Made by a program: the position numbers and the translations under genes. This document shows, piece after piece, positions 63,038 through 64,000 of a DNA stretch of 64,000 nt (within the stretch, counting starts at the first letter, position 1; each line of letters opens with the position of its first letter). Origin of the DNA: Chiloscyllium plagiosum. Lineage: Eukaryota. A model generated the notes under the pieces. That model searched no databases. It was given only the letters and a program-made list of their open reading frames with translations, and was not told the origin of the DNA. Location: the NCBI RefSeq assembly GCF_004010195.1, contig NC_057719.1, positions 8,455,604-8,519,603 on the forward strand. Direction: 5' to 3'.

Positions 63038-64000
63038 CTAGGATTGAAGGAGAAAGAAGCAAGTTAGAGACGAGAGACATGCTCGATCTTCCACACATAC
63101 GCACGTTTCTCTCCGGCCAAAGTAAAACCAAACCAAAGTCACACCACACAGAGATGCAATAGCTGAAAGGAAAGCACAGCCCTTAAACTTCCTCAGAGCA
63201 CAGCAAATCAAAAGTAAAAAAACTTGACACTAAACATTACAGTTTAAACATCAAGATTCAACACACACTTAACATAAGCAGTTATAGAGGAAAATGAATC
63301 AGAGTTTTTTTTATTATAAATGAAATTAACACACACACACACTAAAAAAAAAGCAATCCGGCCTACAGTACATCCAAGAAAGAAGAGAGGATATATATAT
63401 ATATACACACATATATATATATATGGTTTTATATATATACATTTACAGAAAAAATATATACCATGTAATTCTTCATCAACTTACATCAACAAATTGCCCG
63501 CATGATTTTGGCATGAAGAAAGAATTTATAAAAAAGAAAGTTGTGTAAGATGCTTTTGGACAAGATTTCTATATTGTTGTTGTGTTTGTACTTAGCAAAA
63601 AAAGTTGCTCGTTGACAAAATGATCACAAGGGGAGGCAACATCACATATACATCCACACCACACAACATGAAAAGTAACTCTGTACTAATAGATTATTCT
63701 TTACTGCTGTCGTCCGTTTTTAAAATATTTTAGGTATTACAAAAAAAAGACTGTACATTGTTTAATCTCGAACATCTCTTTTTGCTTGTTAAATATCTAC
63801 AAATCTAACACTTTCCTTTATTTTTCAAAATCTTTTACGCTGATATATATTTTCCTTTTTAAATTAAATCCTCTTTTGTTTTTAAATGTCTTTTCCTATT
63901 CTGACTTTGAAAGACTGGACGACTGATACTGTACATTTTTGTCAACGCTGCTAAAAGTTTTGGGGGGAGGTGGGGAGGTGGTGGAGGAGATGAAGGAGTG

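Noticed and set aside
63038..63149. N-terminal extension [11 protein letters not shown]... of the 344-aa ORF
   Set aside because: Lies upstream of a good polypyrimidine/AG acceptor and starts at a non-ATG codon; intronic read-through, not a protein start.
61777..63162. Plus-strand ORFs overlapping NRXN3 (62037-62375, 62302-62523, 62896-63162)
   Set aside because: Antisense shadows of the coding exon or low-complexity UTR; no recognisable domains.

Overview
Vertebrate genomic DNA, almost certainly a shark. This is inferred from abundant HE1-type tRNA-derived SINEs and their CR1/HER1-type partner LINEs. The only host gene is the 3' end of neurexin-3 on the minus strand. Its terminal coding exon (62115-63037) has three in-frame splice-site-5 acceptors and is followed by a transposon-free ~2.3 kb 3'UTR; the last ~140 bp of the window may belong to the alternative soluble/GPI exon. 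The other ~59.7 kb is downstream intergenic DNA. It holds CR1-type LINE fragments (one near full length), about 16 HE1 SINEs, other SINEs, Tx1 3' ends, LTR-like pieces, Tigger/pogo-like MITEs, an assembly gap (19090-19788) and a few repeat-free AT-rich islands that may be conserved enhancers. The most striking unannotated signal is a dispersed set of at least five sequence families of minimal type-I hammerhead ribozyme motifs (CUGANGA...GAAA with family-specific stems and a palindromic stem III). They sit on Penelope-like (GIY-YIG) terminal repeats, many forming short hairpin-shaped non-coding insertions with 10-16 bp target-site duplications. Several templated local duplications and inversions lie beside these insertions. 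Repeat family names come from recognition, not database searches, and repeat boundaries are approximate.
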